A stretch of DNA of 64,000 bases, taken from Squalus acanthias (lineage: Eukaryota). A program made the translations under genes and the position numbers. The DNA is taken from NCBI GenBank assembly GCA_030390025.1, contig CM059432.1, positions 128,280,001 through 128,344,000 on the forward strand, given 5' to 3'. The number at the start of each line of letters is the position of its first letter. The first letter of the stretch is position 1. This document shows positions 1 through 12,164 of this stretch, piece by piece. The notes under the pieces were generated by a model. That model had not been told where the DNA came from, made no database searches, and was given only the letters and a program-made list of their open reading frames with translations.

Positions 1-950
1 TCCTCTGGTTCTCGACCCTTCCGCCAATGGGAACAGTTTCTCTCGATCTACACCCCTCATGATTTTGAGCACCTATCAAATCTCAATCTTCTCTGCTCAG
101 AGAACAACCCCAGCTTCTCCAGTCTATCAACATAACTGAAGTCCCATATTCCTGGAATCATTCTCATGAATCTTTTCTGCACCCTCTCCAAGGCCTTCAC
201 ATCCTTCCTAGCATGCAGTGCCCAGAATTGGACAATCCTCTAATTGAGGCTGAACCAGTGTTCTATACAGGTTCATCATAATTGCCACACTTTTGTACTC
301 TATACCTCTATTCATGAAGCCCAGGATCCCATAAGCTTTAACAGCTTCCTCAACCTGCCCTGCCACCTTCAACGATTTGTGCACATATACCCGCTAGGGG
401 GTCTCTGTTCATGCACCCCCTTTAGTTTATATTTCCTCTCCTCGTTCTTCCTACCAAAGTGTATCACTTTGCACTTTTCTGCATTAAATTTCATCTGCCA
501 CATGTCCACCCATTCCACCAGCCTGTCTATGTCCTCTTGAAGTCTATCTCACTCCTCCTCACTGTTCACTATACTTCCAAGTTTTGTCTCCTCTACAAAT
601 TTTGAAATAAACCCTGTACACCCACATCCAAGTCATTAATGTATATCAAGAAAAGCAGTGGTTCTAGAACAGACCCCTGGGGAACACCACTGTATACCTT
701 CCTCCAGTCTGAAAAACAACCGTTCACCACTACTCGGTTTCCTGTCACTTAGCCAATTTCGTATCTATGCTGCCACTGTCCCTTTTATTCCATGGACTTC
801 AACTTTGCTGTCAAGCCTATTATGTGGCACTTTGTGGAACAGCTTTTGGAAATCCATGTACACCACATCACCCCTCTGTTACCTCATCAAAAAACTTGAT
901 CAAGTTGGTTAAACACAATTTGCCTTTAACAAATCCGTGCTGGCTTTCCT
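1..950 (-). mobile_element. Degenerate CR1 LINE RT fragment in an intron of the EF1-alpha paralog
   Basis: Minus strand gives [21 protein letters not shown] and WQMKFNAEKCKVIHFGRKN-like segments with frameshifts. Confidence 0.85.
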
Positions 951-1043
951 TAATTATTAAAAAAATATTTAAGTTTTTGTTAACCTTTACTATTGAGTTA
1001 ATGTTTAAAGTCTGCATCCAGATTAAGTCTTGCACGAGTTTAC

Positions 1044-1194
1044 CTCCGATTTTGTAGACGTCCTGCAGAGGCAAACGCAGGGGTTTGTTAAAGGATCGGC
1101 CAGGAGGCAGGATCGAGTCCAGTACTTCCAGCAGCGTATGGCCACTCGTATACCCGTCTCTCCGTTTTATCTTCCACCCTTTGAACCAAGGCAT
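1044..1194 (-). CDS. EF1-alpha paralog, coding exon 4; remaining exons would lie left of the window
   Basis: [50 protein letters not shown]+G; 151 nt; phase-1 GT donor at 1042-1043, as in EEF1A1/2. Confidence 0.95.
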
Positions 1195-1561
1195 CTACAA
1201 ATAAATTAATGTAGGATTTCTTTTAAAACTTCTGGTTACAAAATAATTTAAAACCAACTGGGCTAATAAAAAATTGCAACAACCGTGGAGAAATGACCGC
1301 GCCAGACGCGAACATCCAAGTTTCTGGCACCTTATGGATCGTTTACAGTATAATGCTGGGAATCAAGAATTATACTGGATCTCGAGAAAGGAGAACAAGC
1401 AATCGCGCTACTTGGGCGGCTGTTGGATCAGGGCTCTCGGCTGATCTCATGTCAGATTCCGTTACCGTTGACTGAGAAAGCTCTTCCTTCGTGTAACCAA
1501 GGCAGGGTTTATTTGCTTAAATAGATTCCCACCATAGTTTAATTGAAGGCCAAGCACGTAC

Positions 1562-1858
1562 CTTGGGACTGGGAACCAGCATGTTCTCCCCATTCCATCC
1601 CGAGATGGGGACAAAAGGGACACTCGCCAAATCATAGCCGATCTTCCGGATATAAATAGTCACATTCTTCAACACCTCCTCGAACCTTCTCTGGCTGTAT
1701 GGCGGTTGAGTTACATCCATCTTATTGACGCAGACGAGGAGTTGTTTCACCCCGAGTGTGAAGGCTAGGAGGGCATGTTCCCGAGTCTGACCCGACCTAG
1801 AGATCCCAGCTTCAAACTCGCCCAGGGCGGCGGAGACAACCAGGAGAGCAACGTCAGC
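1562..1858 (-). CDS. EF1-alpha paralog, coding exon 3 (aa 109-207)
   Basis: [18 protein letters not shown]...VCVNKMD...[16 protein letters not shown] with the NKMD G4 motif; 297 nt; AG/GT boundaries. Confidence 0.96.
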
Positions 1859-2037
1859 CTGTAAAGTAGACATGGTGATGGGGTGCAAAATACAGACCAC
1901 TAGTTATTAAAATAAAACAAAGGGAATTAACACGCTGCCATACTATTGCAAGGTGCACTTTCGGGACAGGCGATAAGTACATTCAGTAAACTGGGACTCC
2001 GTCTAACCAGAGCTTTCTTTAATTGGGGGGTGGGGGT

Positions 2038-2712
2038 ACAACAACTTGTATGTATTTATTTAGCGCCTTTAACGTAGTAAAACGTCCCAAGGCGCTTCAC
2101 AGGAGCGTTATCAAACAAAATTTGACACCGAGCCCCACAAGGAGATATTAGGGCAGATGACCAAAAGCTTGGTCCAAGAGGTAGATATTAAGGAGTATCT
2201 TAAGTGAAAACAGAGATAGAGAAGCAGAGAGGTTTAGGCAGGGATTCCAGGGCCTAGGCAGCTGAAGGCACAGGTCCCAATGGTGGAGCGATTTAAAATC
2301 AGTGATGTTCAAGAGGCCAGAATTGGAGAAGCGCCGATATCTCGGGGTTCTGGGGCTGAAGGAGATTACAGAGATAGGGAGGGGCGAGGCCATGGAGGGA
2401 TTTGAAAAGGAGGATGAGAATTTTAAGAGAAGCGTTGCTTAACCAGGAGCCAATGTAGGTCAGTGAGCACAGGGGCGACGGGTGAATAGAACTTGGTGCA
2501 AGTTAGGACACGGGCAGCCGAGTTTTGGATGACCAAGTTTACGGAGGGTGCAAGGTCAGCCAGGAATGCGTTGGAATAGTCAAGTCTAGAGGTAACAAAG
2601 GCATGGATGAGGGTTTCAGCAGCAGATGAGCTGAGGCAAGAGTGGAGACAGGCGATGTTACAGAGGTGGAAATAGGCGGTCTTTGTTATGGCGCAGATAT
2701 GGTGGTCGGAAG
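2038..2712 (-). mobile_element. L2 LINE 3' fragment (intronic)
   Basis: Near-identical to the L2 copy at 42573-43769, with the same 3' tail and AAC-type end. Confidence 0.8.
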
Positions 2713-2760
2713 GAAAATTCCAGGGTTAAATGCTGATCTGAAGCAAAAATGCAAAACTGG

Positions 2761-2845
2761 ATTCTAATGAAATGTTATACCTGAAAAGTTAACGTGTCTA
2801 TTCCCGCACAGGTGCGAGATCTCTGTTTGCAGCATTTTCTCCTTT
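2761..2845 (+). mobile_element. Degenerate Penelope-type tail fragment
   Basis: ctaatgaaatgttatacctgaaaagttaac...gcagcattttc resembles the reverse complement of 58995-59115; the hammerhead core is decayed. Confidence 0.4.
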
Positions 2846-2972
2846 AACCTATTAAAGAGTAAACTAGGATTCAGTGCTTTCTTTAACTGGCCAGAAGCAC
2901 AATTTCGTAACCCTTCATCTAATCTGCTTGAAGCATTTCACAAGGTTTTTTGGAAGTTCAGGGATTTGTTTA

Positions 2973-3251
<279 letters not shown>

Positions 3252-3418
3252 TTAACTAGTTTCGCAATTGTTTTTAATAGAAATTTCGTTGTGCTTGTAC
3301 CAGAAGGAACAGGCATCTAAAACCTAAAAGGGTTTTGAAAAGATACAATTGATTACGCGTTTAAACTATTAATTGAAATACTATCCTATAAATACACGTT
3401 CGAAGAGCTTAATCCCAC

Positions 3419-3562
3419 CTCAACTGCTGCTTGTTCCAGTTTTTCGATAGCTCGTCGCTCAATGCCACCGCATTTATAAATAAGATGACCTGTAGTGGTG
3501 GATTTACCAGAATCTACATGGCCAATAATTACGAGATTGATGTGAATTTTCTCTTTCCCCAT
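3419..3562 (-). CDS. EF1-alpha paralog (42Sp50-like), first coding exon (aa 1-48)
   Basis: Translates [48 protein letters not shown] with the P-loop GHVDSGKS. Acceptor ttctgttttctAG at 3579-3580, so the exon starts at 3578. Donor GT at 3417-3418. The 144 coding nt match vertebrate EEF1A. Confidence 0.95.
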
Positions 3563-3732
3563 CTTTGTTGTTGTTCTTCTAGAAAACAGAAGGATAGTTT
3601 TTCCGTAGAGTTTTTATAACGGAATCAAACACCAGGGCCCAGCAATGAACGTGAGATTGCACGTGGAGACATCACAAACTTTATCGATATGCTATGATAA
3701 AGGATCTCACTAACAAGGGAACCAGAACTCAC

Positions 3733-3861
3733 CCAGTTCCTTTTATTGAAGCATTTCATTTGAAACTTTGTTGCTGATTAACCTGATCGTTAAACTAACC
3801 GTGGATTTCATTTTATTAGCGACTTCCTTTTAGGAGCATATTTATAGCTGATGTGGATTGG
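3733..3861 (-). promoter_or_regulatory. Putative core promoter and non-coding first exon of the EF1-alpha paralog
   Basis: Minus-strand CCAAT (3857-3861), TATAAATA (3839-3846) and a consensus donor GTGAGT (3727-3732) upstream of the ATG exon. Vertebrate EEF1A genes have a non-coding exon 1. Confidence 0.55.
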
Positions 3862-4562
3862 TCATACCCAGTGGTGCCTATTATTTGCTTGTAAGAACCA
3901 AGATAACCATGGAAAAAAAAGTTAAAGAAAGATTTAAACAACTAATATTTTAATCTATTTCAACTGTGCTTCGTTTAAAATTCTATGTAACCATTTTCTC
4001 TTTCACTAATCATCAATATAGGCAACACCTTGCAGTTATATAGCCACTTTAAAGTAATAAAACGTCCCAAGGTGCTTCACAGGAGCGATTATCTAAGAAA
4101 ATTTGATACCAAGTATAATAGAAGTGCTGTGACAAAAACATTTAAAGTTTAAAAATATATTTTTAATTTTTTTATGGTTAATTCAGCTTAAACCAGTTTT
4201 GATAAATTGTGGGTGTTGTAATTATGTTTTAATGCAGAAATTGCTTTTGACTTGCTAGGGAACTAATTTCACCCAAAAGATTGAAAAGGGATCAAACAAT
4301 CTCTGGGGGGGGGGGGATGAGTTTCCCGCAATTATCTGGAAAGTAAGCAGGACCACAAATCAAAAAGAATTTTATATTGGATGTGCTATTTAAGAAAAGT
4401 AGGACATTAAATATCTGGGAACCAAATATAATAACCTAACTTCTTATTGGATTCCTAGACACCAAATTTTATCGTCTTCTCATCAAAAATACAAGCTGAT
4501 GCAAAAGTTAGCATTTGGCACTTCCTGGGTTAAGGCTCATTCTTTAGAATAATATCACTAAG

Positions 4563-5470
4563 TTGGTGAAGCAAGCATATGATCTCGGTGAGATGGTGAA
4601 GCAAGCAGTGTGATCTCGGTGAGATGGTGAAGCAAGCAGTGTGAAATTGTTTGGGGGTGTTTGTACTGTATTTTGATGGATGAATGTAATGGTTTTACTA
4701 TGTAATTGGTATTATTGGTTTGAATAAAAGATTCACCCCGAGGAAAAAAAAAAGCAGTGTGAACTCGGTAAATTGGTGAAGCAAGCAGTGTGATCTCGGT
4801 GAGATGGTGAAGCAAGCAGTGTGATCTCGGTGAGATGGTGAAGCAAGCAGTGTGATCTCGGTGAGATGGTGAAGCAAGCAGTGTGATCTCGGTGAGATGG
4901 TGAAGCAAGCAGTGTGATCTCGGTGAGATGAAGCAAGCAGTGTGATCTCGGTGAGATGGTGAAGCAAGCAGTGTGATCTCGGTGAGATGGTGAAGCAAGC
5001 AGTGTGATCTCGGTGAGATGGTGAAGCAAGCAGTGTGATCTCGGTGAGATGGTGAAACAAGCAGTGTGATCTCGGTGAGATGGTGAAGCAAGCAGTGTGA
5101 ACTCGGTAAATTGGTGAAGCAAGCAGTGTGATCTCGGTGAGATGGTGAAGCAAGCAGTGTGATCTCGGTGAGATGGTGAAGCAAGCAGTGTGATCTCGGT
5201 GAGATGGTGAAGCAAGCAGTGTGATCTCGGTGAGATGAAGCAAGCAGTGTGATCTCGGTGAGATGGTGAAGCAAGCAGTGTGATCTCGGTGAGATGGTGA
5301 AGCAAGCAGTGTGATCTCGGTGAGATGGTGAAGCAAGCAGTGTGATCTCGGTGAGATGGTGAAGCAAGCAGTGTGATCTCGGTGAGATGGTGAAGCAAGC
5401 AGTGTGATCTCGGTGAGATGGTGAAGCAAGCAGTGTGATCTCGGTGAGATGGTGAAGCAAGCAGTGTGAT
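4563..5470. repeat. 31-bp minisatellite (gtgtgatctcggtgagatggtgaagcaagca)
   Basis: 23 tandem units at 4757-5463, including two 28-bp deletion variants and two 'aactcggtaaatt' variants, plus ~2.5 units at 4563-4644. Confidence 0.97.
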
Positions 5471-5699
5471 TTGAAGCATACATTTTCCCTCCAATGAAAA
5501 ATTTCCAATAATATAATGGAGATTTTATAGATCTCTGTAGGAATCATGCTTATCTAGGGCTCTCAATGAATGGTGCAGCAAGTAAATACGCTGTGTCGAT
5601 TAATAGTGAGATATGCAGTTCAGGAACGCCTACTAACCTATGTGATAAGTGAGAGGTAGTTGATCTACTTGAATGTTGCATAAGGAAACAAAGAATATA

Positions 5700-7110
5700 A
5701 TGGACAGAGGTCTGAAGAACTAAAGAGAGACTATAGGAAAAATAATGGAATCCCTATGAAAGGAGAGAATAGAAGAACATCTAGAAATGAAAAGTATATT
5801 AATGAATAGTCAGCATTGATATAAAAAGGGGAAATCTTGCTTCACCAACCTTACTGAATTTTTTGAAGCAGTAACCGAGAGTAGACAATGGTAATGCAGT
5901 AGATGTAATTTATCTAGATTTTCAAAAGGCCTTCGATAAGGTACCCCATAATAGACTAATGAATAAGGTCAGAGAATGCGGTGTCAGGGGACAAGTAGCA
6001 GAATGGATAGCTAGCTGGCTTCAAGACAGAAAGCAGAGAATGGGAGTAAAGGGTAGCTATTCACAGTGGCAGAAGGTGGGTAGTGGTGTTCCACAAGGAT
6101 CGGTGCTGGGACCACTGCTGTTCATATTTTACATTAACGATTTAGACTTTGGAATCAAAGACACAATTTCTAAATTGGCAGATGATACCAAATTGGGGGG
6201 GATAGTCAATACTGAGGAGGACTGCAACAAATTACAGGAGGACATTAATAAACTAGCAGAATGGGCAAATAATAGGCAAATGAAGTTCAACACACACAAA
6301 TGTGATGTATTACATTTTGGTAGGAAGAATAGGGAGGTCACATCACTTGGAAGGGTAGAGTCTAGGTGGGGTAGAGGAACAAAGGGATCTCTGAGTACAA
6401 ATACACAAATCACTAAAAGTTGCGCCACAGGTTAGCAAGGCCATTTAAAAAAAAAAAAAGCAAACCAAGCACTAGGGTTTATTTCTAGAGGGATAGAATT
6501 GAAAAGTTATGCTAAAGCTGTATCGAACCTTGGTTAGACCACACTTAGAATATTGTGTGCAGTTCTGGTCGCCATATTATAAAATGGATATAGAGGCACT
6601 GGAGAGGGTGCAGAGAAGATTTATAAGGATGATACCAGAAATGCAAGGGTATCCATATCAGGAAAGGATGAACAGGCTGGGTCTCTTTTTTTCTCTTTGG
6701 GGGAAAAAAGAAGACTGAGGGGTGACCTAATAGAGGTCTTCAAAATTATGAACGGTTTTGATAGAGTGGATACAGAGAGAATGTTTCCACTTGTGGGGAA
6801 GAGCATAACTAGAGGCCATCAATATAAGATAGTCACCAAGAAATCCAATAGGGAATTCAGAAGAAATTAACCCAAAGAGTGGTGAGAATGTGGAACTCAC
6901 TACGACCAGGGAGTGGTTGAAGCGAATAGTATAGATGCATTTAAGGGGAGGCTGGACAAGCATATGAGGGAGAAGGGAATAGATGGTTACACTGATAGAG
7001 TTAGATGAGGAAAGACTGGAGGAAGCTCAAGTGGCGTATAAACGCCAGCATAGACTGGTTGGACCGGATGGCCTGTTTCTGTGCTGTATATCCTATGTAA
7101 TCCTACGTAT
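5700..7110 (+). mobile_element. 5'-truncated CR1 LINE (RT plus 3' UTR)
   Basis: [23 protein letters not shown] and LYRTLVRPHLEYCVQFWSP motifs; short-repeat tail atcctatgta-atcctacgta. Confidence 0.92.
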
Positions 7111-7679
7111 GTAATATACTTTTGTGGGTAAATTTAAGACAGCAGGTGCTAACTGGGTTTTCAATGCTATTTGGTGGAATGGAAAGAAGGAATAGGGCAG
7201 TAGACTCCAGTGAGCAGTTAGTTAAAGGCAACTGCTGGAGGGAATTTGTATTGTAGATTTCTGGGGATCTTGTAAAGGAAGAGTGGTCTGCTTATAACTA
7301 AATGGGAACTAAGCTGCTGGTACAAAACATAAACATAATAAATTGGATCCACTTCATAGAATGATACAGCACAGATGGAGACCATTCAGCCCATTGTGTC
7401 TGTGCTGGCTCTTTGAAAGAGCTTTCATATTAGCCCCACTCCCCTGCTGTTTCCCCATAGCCCTGAAAATTCACTTAAAATAAGTTTGGAGGAGAAAGGG
7501 GTAATGCTTTGGTGTTCAAGGATAAGATAAAGACTGGCTGATCAGCATGTGGGAAGATGGCATTCAAAGCACAGGCAGAATTAAAAATATTATACAAATG
7601 AGAAAGAAGGAGGTTGAAGGATATGCTTAGTTTTTTTTCCAATGCAAGGAATATTAAGAATAAACTACTAGAATTAGAG

Positions 7680-8270
7680 ACATTTGCAGCCTTTGGAACA
7701 TGACATCTTTAATGTAATAGATGACCCAAGATGCTTCAGAGGAAGAAGCAGGTGCTGAGTAGGATTACAGAAGGTTAACGAAGACTTATTCAAAAAGGTA
7801 GATTTTGAGGAGGCTTTTGAAGGTGGCGAGAGGTGTAAAAAGGCCAAGGGGGTTTTAGAGAGAGAGAAAGTTTGAATGTAGCACCACTCGTTGGAGGGGT
7901 GTTTCAAAGGCGACCAGAGTTGGAAGAGGGGTAGGCATGTACTGGTACATATGGCTAGAGAAGCTTGCAGGCATAGGTGGGACAGGGCCATGAAGGGACT
8001 TGTAAACAAAGATGAGGATTTTGAACTTAATGTGTTGGGCAGCCAATGAAAGTTGATGAGGACAGGGTATTGGAGAAGTGGGATAGGATGCCAGCAGTGG
8101 AGTTTTGGATGAATTGTAGTTTATGGAGCATGGAGCACAGTGGGCTCTGAGGAGAATAATACTGGAGAAGTCCAGCTGGAGGTAACAAAGCCATGGATGA
8201 GGTTCTTTGTGCCGGTGGGGCTGAAGTAAATGTAGAGGCAGGCACTGTTGTGGAGCATTTTGGTGAAAGA
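7680..8270 (-). mobile_element. Old L2 LINE 3' fragment
   Basis: HIKFKILIFVYKSLHG and KLQFIQNSTAGIL are L2 ORF2 C-terminal motifs. Confidence 0.7.
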
Positions 8271-11139
8271 GAAGAAGCCTATCGCAGTTGCTAAAGATGT
8301 AGAGAATGGTTTAACTTGTGTCAGTTGAAATGTAAATTATTTCCTCCTTGAAAATGTCACATTTGTATATATTCCCAGTGTGCACATTCAGAACACTGCA
8401 CTAATGTAATGGGATACAAATATGGTTCATAATCATTACACATACTGTATCACACAACAATGTGGAATAAAATCATCAGTATGATGTCTCCACATACACC
8501 AGTATAATCTCATTTTATGTTATAAATTCTCACAGATGTTAAAAGTAAATTTGAATTATATTTGTTTAAGTCCAATAGTGGTAATGCCTGATCCCAATGT
8601 AAGTTCTACACTACTGCAGTATGCCTTTTCTGTTAACCCATAAGGAATCATACTACTCTAAACACTGCCCCAGTGTCAACCCAAATAAATGAAATCTAAC
8701 AAAAGTGTCCCCTTTTTATAGGGGCACAATTAATAAAATCCAAATCATAAACAGACAAAAGACACTCATCAAATTAAATAATATTACTACTGCAGTATGC
8801 CTTTTAAAATTCAGAAGATGTAACATGATTTATGTTAATATGATCCACAACCCTGCTGCTCCCCCCACTAATTGGCTCAATTGGTGTTTTAGTCCACTGG
8901 TGTAAAATATTCTTCATCCAAAAAAAATTAAGAGAAAATATTCATTGCCATGTTATACCTACATCAGAACATACAAACTGACAAGCCTTCAGAAATCTAG
9001 ATGGTTACCCAAGTCTTATTTCTAGTCCAATACAAGCTAAAGCCAACAATAACCATATGTAACTATTTCATAAAATTGATATATGTTCCAGTTAACATTG
9101 TAAGCAAATGAACCTTGCAATGTCGGGGGTGCTTTTTTATGTTTAATATCAGATTCTAAATCAGAAGACATGCAGCTTAAAAACAAAAAACACCACCCTG
9201 CCTTGTCATTACACAAGAATTGTACTTTCTTAAATTGTATCAGATTTGCTGGGGTTCTCTAACACTAAATATTTTTGGCATCAAAAATTGCACTTTGAAT
9301 ATGGGATTTTAAGCATGGGTCACACTGCCACTTATTCTTAAGATGGGAAATTTCAAAACACAGACCTATTTCTTTGTTAACCCTTGCTATGAGCCAACAA
9401 CTGTATTCATCATTTGCACAGTCTCAGGAGGTAGAGGACTGTTTATCTTGGAAATTTCTGTCAACTTAGAAAGAACTTGCATTTTTTTAGTGCCTTTCAT
9501 GACCTCAGGATGTTCAGAAGCACTAAACAGCCAATGAAGTACTTTTGAATTGTTGTCACTGTTCTAATGTAGGGATACCTTTGAATGAATTGTGGCTCTG
9601 AAACAGATTAGCATTGTCCTTCAGAAGCTGATCCAGATAGGCAGCTGTAGAACCAAGTAGCTATTGCTCAACCATTGCAGTAGGCTAAGGACCTATATGC
9701 TCCAGGATTCAGCTAAATCAACTATTCCAAAGTCCAGGATGTTTAGGATAACTGGGCAGGATGTCTCTGATTGCTTGCACATGTTTAGCGCCTTGGGATA
9801 ATGCCAGGTGGTGCTCATTGCCTCACTGGAAACCTCCTGTGACTAGTGAGCAGTGCATGGGTTTGACTCCTTCCACTCAATCTGACAATTGTATTTTAAA
9901 TTACTTTCTGTTTCTTTTAGAATTTCTGTTGGAACAGGTTTAGTGTTAATTGCGTAGATGCTCCTAATGAGATTGATTAAGACCAGTGTCACAATCATCA
10001 ATTTGTACAAAACTGTTTGGAGCCAATATGCCTGTACTAAATGATGTCTAAAAGATTAAGGACTGGTGCTAATCTCAGCTGAATGGTAATGAGCTATTTG
10101 CTGGATTGACTTATTTACATTTTAATTAATAGATCCAGGTGCAGATTTGGGCAGGTATGTGGAGCACAATAATGATGGGTGAAATTTAAAGGGATGGAAG
10201 CAAATAAAGGGAAGTGTCACCATGCAAAGGTAACGACTTTGAAAGGCTCCAAAGGCATATTTACGCACTAGCAACCTTTGCCAAGGCTGAAGGGGTAGGA
10301 TATTAAGAAGTGACAGACCGAAATGAAGGAGAAGGAACCCCCATGTGCAGGCTGGGGACTGTAACCGACCAGTTCTAGCACTGGCTGTGCCAACCCTGTA
10401 ATGCACATTAGTAGCAGTGGACAGCACAGCTCTGCTGACCTAGACCATGTGAAGGCACTTCTCCATGTTACGAAAAATATGTTGCTTCAAAATTCCATTA
10501 TTTTGTTTCCCCCAATTTTTCCTCTCCTCTCTTAAAGGATTGATTCAGTGTTGGAGGATGTTTCCAGAGTGGCCACCTCCTCTGAAATAGTTCACCTGGG
10601 TGTTCGTTCTTCATGCGTCAATGCAAAGCCAATTACCAACAGGCTTTCAACTCTGGAGGGCATCACAGCCATGCCCCTGGCTGTTCTTGCCCAACATTCA
10701 CAGACCTGCAAATCCCAGCAAGAAACACTGGCTGCCATCAGGAGCAGGAACTCTGGCTTATTTTTTCCCCCTTTCTCTAGCCTATATGAGTCAATTGGAG
10801 CAATCCTACTGATACCTCAGCTAACTCGGCATAGTCTGGAGATTATCATAGAATGTTACAGGGCAGAAACAAGCCATTCAGCCTATGAAGTGTACAACTG
10901 TGTTTTTCTCCCCATGAGCCACCTAAGCTAACCCCAATCTCCCACTTATTCCCCATACCCTTTAATAATAACACCTTTTTCAAGCAACTATCTAATTCCC
11001 TTTTTTTTAAATGGACTCTGCTACATCAAGAGTCCACATTCTAACCAGCCACTGTGTAAACACTTTTTTTAAACTTCCCTTTAATTTTTTTCATGATCTT
11101 AAATTTGTGCCTTTTTGCTACTGTTTTGCCAAATAGTGG

Positions 11140-11785
11140 ATACAACAGCATCTTCAACAGAGAAAAATGTCCCAAGGTGCTTTACAGTGGTATAAGGAAA
11201 TTAGACATCAAACCAAAGTTGGAGAGATTTGGAGGGGGTGACCAAAAATGTTGTCACAGGTGGATTTTAAGGAGGATCTCAAAGAAGAGGGAAGTGGCAA
11301 AACAGAGAGATTTAGGGAGGGAATTCCAGAGAGTGGGACTTGGGCAGCTGAAGGCACAGCCACCAATGTTAGGGCAAAAGGAGAGGGGGATGCACAAGAG
11401 CTTGGAGTCAGAGGAAATTAGAGTACCGGCGGTAGGGTTGGGGGAGGTTACAGAGGTAGGGAGCGGGGTGGCCATAGAGGGATTTAAACACTAGGATAAG
11501 AATTTTAAATTTGAGGTTTTGACGGACAAAGAGCCGAAGTTCGTCAATGAGAACGGGTTTGATAGGCAAGAAGGTCTTCGTACAAGATAGGATACTGGCA
11601 GCATAGTTTTGGATGAACTGAAATTTGTGGAGGATGGGAAGTCAGCTCGGAGAATATTAGGGGAATCAAGTCTAGAGGTGACAAAATCACAAATGAATGT
11701 TTCAGCAGTAGGTGGACTGAGGGAGGGTTGGAGGTCAATGATATCATAGAGGTGAAAGTACACAGTCTTTGTAATGGCAAGCAAA
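11140..11785 (-). mobile_element. Old L2 LINE 3' fragment
   Basis: AETFICDFVTSRLD and IGGCAFS...PTLWNSLP motifs. Confidence 0.75.
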
Positions 11786-12164
11786 TGCGTGTCATTTTAC
11801 TGTTTATGGGGAGGGGTCATTAATGGTAGCTGCCTACTGTTGATGTTTAGAGGATAACAGAGGGAAGAAAAAATTTGATTTTAAAGTTACAACTGGTAGT
11901 GAACAAATTGAGGATACAAGTACAAATGTCAGACATTGGTAGATCTAAAAATAGACTCCCTGAGGTCCATTTTCAGGGCAATATACAGTAAGACAACATT
12001 CAAAAAAACTTGCATTGTACCTGACCTTTGAGTACTGAAGAATTTATTTGACACGAACCCTCCCACTTCTTTAATCCCTTTCCATAATAAGTACCGATAA
12101 GAAAAGAACAAGGAACATGACCTTGCACCACAAAAAGCGGTAAAGTTGGATTAATTATACGAAC

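Noticed and set aside
4558..5547. Three long His/Cys-rich ORFs; CRISPR-like repeat length
   Set aside because: A stop-free 31-bp unit cycles through all three frames. Units are contiguous without spacers, and there are no cas genes in this eukaryotic context.
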